Shown here: piece by piece, positions 59,228 to 64,000 of the stretch | How the letters are laid out: each line of letters starts with the position of its first letter | How positions within the stretch are numbered: position 1 is the stretch's first letter | Program-made: the position numbers and the translations under genes | Source: Eledone cirrhosa | Lineage: Eukaryota | Length of the DNA stretch: 64,000 nt | Direction: 5' to 3' | Assembly: GCA_964016885.1 (NCBI GenBank) | Contig: OZ024761.1 | Span: 1,488,001 to 1,552,000 of the forward strand | Notes under the pieces: generated by a model | Seen by the model: the letters and a program-made list of their open reading frames with translations, nothing else | Database searches by the model: none | What the model was told of the DNA's origin: nothing

Positions 59228-59260
59228 ACGACGTTTCGGGCATAAGCCCTTCTTCAGGTG
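59228..59260 (-). ncRNA. Minimal hammerhead motif in a PLE pseudo-LTR remnant (~59140-59322)
   Basis: CTGAAGA-A-GGGC(ttat)GCCC-GAAA-CG-TC; stem I is poor. Confidence 0.6.
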
Positions 59261-59479
59261 AGAGTACAAAAGGTGTGTAGGGGAGTGGTGGAGAGACATA
59301 TAGCGAAAGGAAACGGTGCGAAATATATATATATATATGTAGATAGATAGATAGATTATTTTTCTCTGTCTTTCAAAGATTTTCCATTTGAACACTCCTG
59401 GGTTTTTTTTAAGGTATCTCTCCATGCCCTTACTCTCCTTCTTTTTTTGTTGCTGCTGCTTTTGGGTCTGTTGTAGGTG

Positions 59480-60030
59480 AGACATGCTGCTTCCTTTATA
59501 TCATCACCCTACCTTCTTCTTCGTGATTCTGGTTTCTCCCCCCCCCCCCCCCCCAACCACTCACCATTGAGTTTAGCGTTCTGGCCCAATACAATCAGCC
59601 ACACACCTCTGTTGCTACATAGGGCTTCAGTTCCTGGCCCCTTGCCCCACCCTCCATCCCCTGCACCACTTACACCACCTTTCTTGTGTCGGCCTGACGC
59701 GACGAGCCTCCAGTGCTGTCTCAGTGTGGAGAAGCAGCAAATGTCTCTTCCCCTCATCAGCACGACTGCAGTAATCCACTACACCACCCGATGAGACAGC
59801 GACCTTGTCTGATGATCAAGCCTCGCTGGTCACCATCGCTCAGCTCAGATGGCTCCGGAAGATCCCACTGAAGATCCCGAAAGCAGCCCCGGAACTGGTG
59901 GCCGATGCCCTTGCATCCTCATTCGAAAGGGCCCTGGACTCTACTCGAGCCAGTGACTGGGAGTGCCTCTTCTATTTTGCCCCAACTCTGGCACTAGCCA
60001 AGGCAGCTTATCAACAGAGACTTTTGTCAA
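59480..60030 (+). mobile_element. Possible CRE-clade retrotransposon fragment
   Basis: GC-rich island encoding PLKIPKAAPELVADAL...DWECLFYFAPTLAL, similar to the pre-RT 'RIPKGAR...W..L..F' segment of CRE elements. Confidence 0.4.
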
Positions 60031-60749
60031 GGCAAACATTTGATCCTTTGAGCAAGCGCCCATCCCAAGTGTACCCAAGGAAGGGCATAGAAACCAAGCC
60101 AAAATCAGTTCTGTATAAGCAAGACACTGTCATCTGATCTGGCTTGTCTCACGATGAGACAACTCATCTAACCCATGCTAACTTGGAAAAATGGACATTA
60201 ATATGTGGAGGCACATGGCCTAGTGGAAAGGGTGTTGGACTTATAATCATAATATCATGGGTTCGATTCCTGGGCTGGGTTGCATGTTGTGTTCTTGAGC
60301 AAAACAATTCATTTCACGTTGCTTCAGTATGCTCAGCTAAAAATGAATACCAGCAATAGCTGGAGGTTTAACCCTGTGATGGCTTGGCATCCTGTCCAGG
60401 GGAAAGTCTTGTACTCTCAGTTGCCTAATGCCACAAAACTGGGATAAGAACCAGCCCAATTAGCCTTCTGGCTTGTGACAATCTTTAGACTTAGACTATT
60501 TTCACTCAGAAATGATGTTGCAAAGAATATCCCCTCTTTTTCCCTAGTTTCACTTACAAAAGTATTTCCCCTCCCTCAAGGTTCACACAGAAATGTCATT
60601 CCTCTCTGCCTAATTTCATTCAGATCAACCTGAAGCAGTGGTAAATCGAGATAATTGCTCAAGGTGTTATGCAGGGGGAGTCAGCATCTTTTTGCAATGC
60701 TGTCTCTATCATACTATATGACACTCCATATTATTTAATGAAAGCAATG

Positions 60750-61165
60750 ATGTGGTGTAGTGGGAAGCTGTTTGGTATGATGTACAGTTCGGACCAGTGT
60801 AGTATGGTGTGATGTAATGTGGCGTGGTGTAGTGTGAAGCTGTATAGTGTGTTGTGATGTGTGTTATGGTATGGTGTACAGTGTGGTGTGGCCCGGTGTA
60901 GTATGGTGTGATGTAGTATGGCGTTGTATAGAATGGTGCAGTGTAGTGTGAAGCTGTATGGTGCGTTGTGATGAGTGTTATGGTATGGTGTACAGTGTGG
61001 TGTGATATAGAGGAGTGTGGTGTGGTTTTAGTGTTATATAGTATAGTGCGGAATGATATAGTGTGGCGTGGTGTAGTGTGATGCCGTGTGGTGTAATGAT
61101 GGTGGTGATGATGATGATAATGGTGGCGGTGCTGATGGTGGTGGAAACGATGATGGTGATGCTGA
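60750..61165. repeat. Degenerate pentamer (GTGTA/GTGTG)n and (GAT/GGT)n repeats
   Basis: Directly visible. Confidence 0.85.
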
Positions 61166-61772
61166 TTTTATAATAAGTGTTTATAGTCTCATTTATTATA
61201 GATTCTTTTATTGATTTATTTATTTCCTTTTTTTCTCTACAATCCTGGGGTAGTTGGTGGAAGTGGGGTCAAGGATTCTATAAAGGGGTCATTGGTTTAA
61301 AAGGTTTGGGGTTGGTGATGGTGGTCACCAGATATAGTCTGTGATATTTAGAGCAGATGTGATGCCACTGACTCCAGAAACTGATATAAAAATATATATT
61401 TAAAACAAAAAAAGTGGCTCTTACATGGTCGCAGTACGATGAATCAGACTTTTAACCCTTTAGCATTTACATTATTCTATTCTATTTTCATGGTAAAGGC
61501 CCTAGCTCATATAATGTGGAATCTATGAGATTTTGATGGTGTTGTTATTTATTTTGAGAACAATAGCTTAATGTCAGTATGATTGGCCGGTTATGGCCAG
61601 TTTGAACAGAAGGATGGATATGGCCAATTTAAATACTAAAGGGTTAAAAGAATAAAAGAGAGATTAAAAGAAAGATAGAGAGGAAGAGATAGTGGTTGTG
61701 AGAGAGTAGATTGAAAGAGAGACATAGAGAGAGGAAGAGGAGAATGGAAGAGAGAGAGAGAGCTGGTGATGT

Positions 61773-61830
<58 letters not shown>

Positions 61831-62419
61831 GTTATGTAATAAGCAACATAAGGCAATTATTCCATTTACCAGTGGTTTCTTAAAAGCAAAAAATGTTTCT
61901 TTCAATCATCAGAATGAAAAAATCCTGGTGTATTTATTGATATTGGATTCTAAAAACAAAAATGCAGTCTATATGAAAGTGAGGCTGGAGAAAGAAGAAG
62001 GAAAGGAAAAATAAAATAAAAACACACATGCAAACACACACACACACAATTATATACATACACACACATATATATATATATATACATATACATACACACA
62101 TACATATACACATATATATGTGTATATATATACATACACATACATACACACATAAATATCAACATATCTATACATACACATACATATATACAACCACACA
62201 CATATATATATACACACATATATATATGCACACACATACACATACATAGCTATACACACATACATATACATACATACACACAATCATACGTACATACATA
62301 CATACACATACATACACACACATATACATGCATACATATGCATACACAAAATTAGAAAAATATACACACACCTCTACATATTCACACACGCAAATAAATA
62401 TAAGAAAAAATATAAAAGA

Positions 62420-64000
62420 TACAAAAGTTGGCCTTGCAAGTAAAAAAAATCTTAAGAAAAATAATCCTCCAAATTAGAACTAAGACTGACCTATCACAGT
62501 GGCTAAATACATCCTCTGTTATTTCTTGGTTTAATAATATTCAAGGGAAAAATAAGTGTAGATTTACCCAATTTGATATTGTTGATTTTTACCCCTCTAT
62601 TACTGTTTCCTTATTAACTAATGCCTTAGAGTTTGCAAGACCTTTCATTAATATTTCTAAATTAGAAGAAGACATTATCTTTCATGCTAGAAAAACTTTA
62701 CTCTTTACTAATGAAAATATTTGGGTTAAAAAGTCAAACCCTGAAAACTCTTTTGATGTTGCAATGGGTTCATATGACAGTGCGGATGTGTGTGACTTAG
62801 TAGGATTATTCCTTCTCCACACCCTCAAAGAGAAATTTCCTTCCCATAATATCGGTTTATACCGTGATGACGGATTGGCAGTTTCTCATACCACCAACGG
62901 CCATAACCTTGATAAATTCCGTAAAGATTTAATCAATACTTTTGCTAATCTTAACCTTAAAATCACTATAGATACGAACCTTATCAATGCTAACTTTCTT
63001 GATATTAATCTTGATCTACTTACCGCCTCTTTTAAACCTTATCATAAACCTAATGAAAATCTTAGGTATAAATAGTCTTGCCATCCCCCTATAGTTTTTA
63101 ATAATCTTATTCCCAACATTAGCCGTAGGATTTCTACCTTATCTTCGTCTATAGAGATTTTTTAATAAAGCTGCCCCTTATTATAATAAAGCTTTTAAGA
63201 ACAGCGGTTTTACAGAACAAATTTATTATTTACCTACAACCCTCCCCTCCCTAAAACTATCCACAATAACAGGAAAAGGAAAATGATTTGGTTTACACCC
63301 CCCTTCTCTCTAACTGTCAAAACTAATGTAGGAAGGAAATTCCTTGAACTCTTAGATAAACATTTTCCTCCTAATCATAGATATTATAAGATATTTAATA
63401 GGAATGGAGTTAAGATCAGTTACTCTTGTTGCCCATCTATGAAGTCCAAGATCACTAATTCAAATCATACGAGAACAAATCCAGGATGCAGTTGCAGGAA
63501 GCCGGATGAATGCCCATTGCAGGGCAAATGTAACACCAAATCTGTTGTTTATGAGGCTAAAATAACACCTTTCATCAACAACCAGCCAGCCAGGAGTGAG
63601 CGATATGTCGGCATGACCCAGGACAGGTTTAAAACCAGGTTTTACTCACATGTCGCTTCTTTTAAGCACTCCGATAAACGAACTACAACGGCCCTCGCAA
63701 GTAAGGTGTGGGAATTCAAGGATAAAAACATCCCGTACTCTATCGATTGGTCTATTTTAGACCATTCGAGGGAGTATCAAAGGGGCACAAAGAATTGTTC
63801 TTTGTGTACCACAGAAAAATATAGGATTTTGCTAAACTTGAAAGCCACTTCTGCTTGCCTGAACTCAAAGACCGAGATCTTCAGATGTTGTCCTCATCTG
63901 AAATCACATCTGATCTGTAACTGGATTGACATTCCTATGATAACTCAACCGCCTTGAACTCCTTTCCTGCTCTTTACTTCTACTACGGTTTTTTTACCTG
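62420..64000 (+). mobile_element. Penelope-like element, RT + GIY-YIG, frameshifted, 5'-truncated, runs off the window
   Basis: FDIVDFYPSI, FDVAMGSYD, GLYRDDGL, NFLDI, WFTPPFS, CSCR..CPL..C, VVYEA..YVGMT..FKTRFYSH, CSLCTTEK. Confidence 0.95.

Noticed and set aside
59868-59883. CTGAAGA-TCCC-GAAA as a hammerhead
   Set aside because: No stem II can form and there is no flanking stem I; a chance match within a coding-like fragment.

Overview
This is a eukaryotic, AT-rich, repeat-dense animal genomic window. The SINE/RTE/Penelope repertoire and huge (TA)n tracts suggest a coleoid cephalopod, probably an octopod (inference only). Two spliced host genes can be assembled by hand on the minus strand. 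MRPL47 (mitoribosomal uL29m) has 4 coding exons at 57117-56924, 42006-41894, 41589-41529 and 39773-39320 (273 aa). A UBXN10-like UBX gene has coding exons 24722-24503 and 22316-21364 (~390 aa), and its last codons plus stop have been amplified into an ~18-copy 103-bp array. The rest is mobile DNA: a decayed Tx1/L1 LINE, RTE LINEs and RTE-tailed SINEs, tRNA-derived SINEs, HERO- and CRE-like fragments, Helitrons, hAT and piggyBac-type MITEs that seed minisatellites, and many Penelope-like elements (PLEs). The main hidden layer is RNA structure: about 14 type I hammerhead ribozyme (HHR) motifs from roughly 8 sequence families, plus 5 half-motifs. They include an ORF-less ~433-bp tandem retrozyme-like unit with a covarying AAUAAA-loop hairpin, and an HHR with a 116-nt stem II. 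The long Y/I/H/T/M-rich ORFs in the track are microsatellite artefacts. All folds were paired by eye and no activity is demonstrated.
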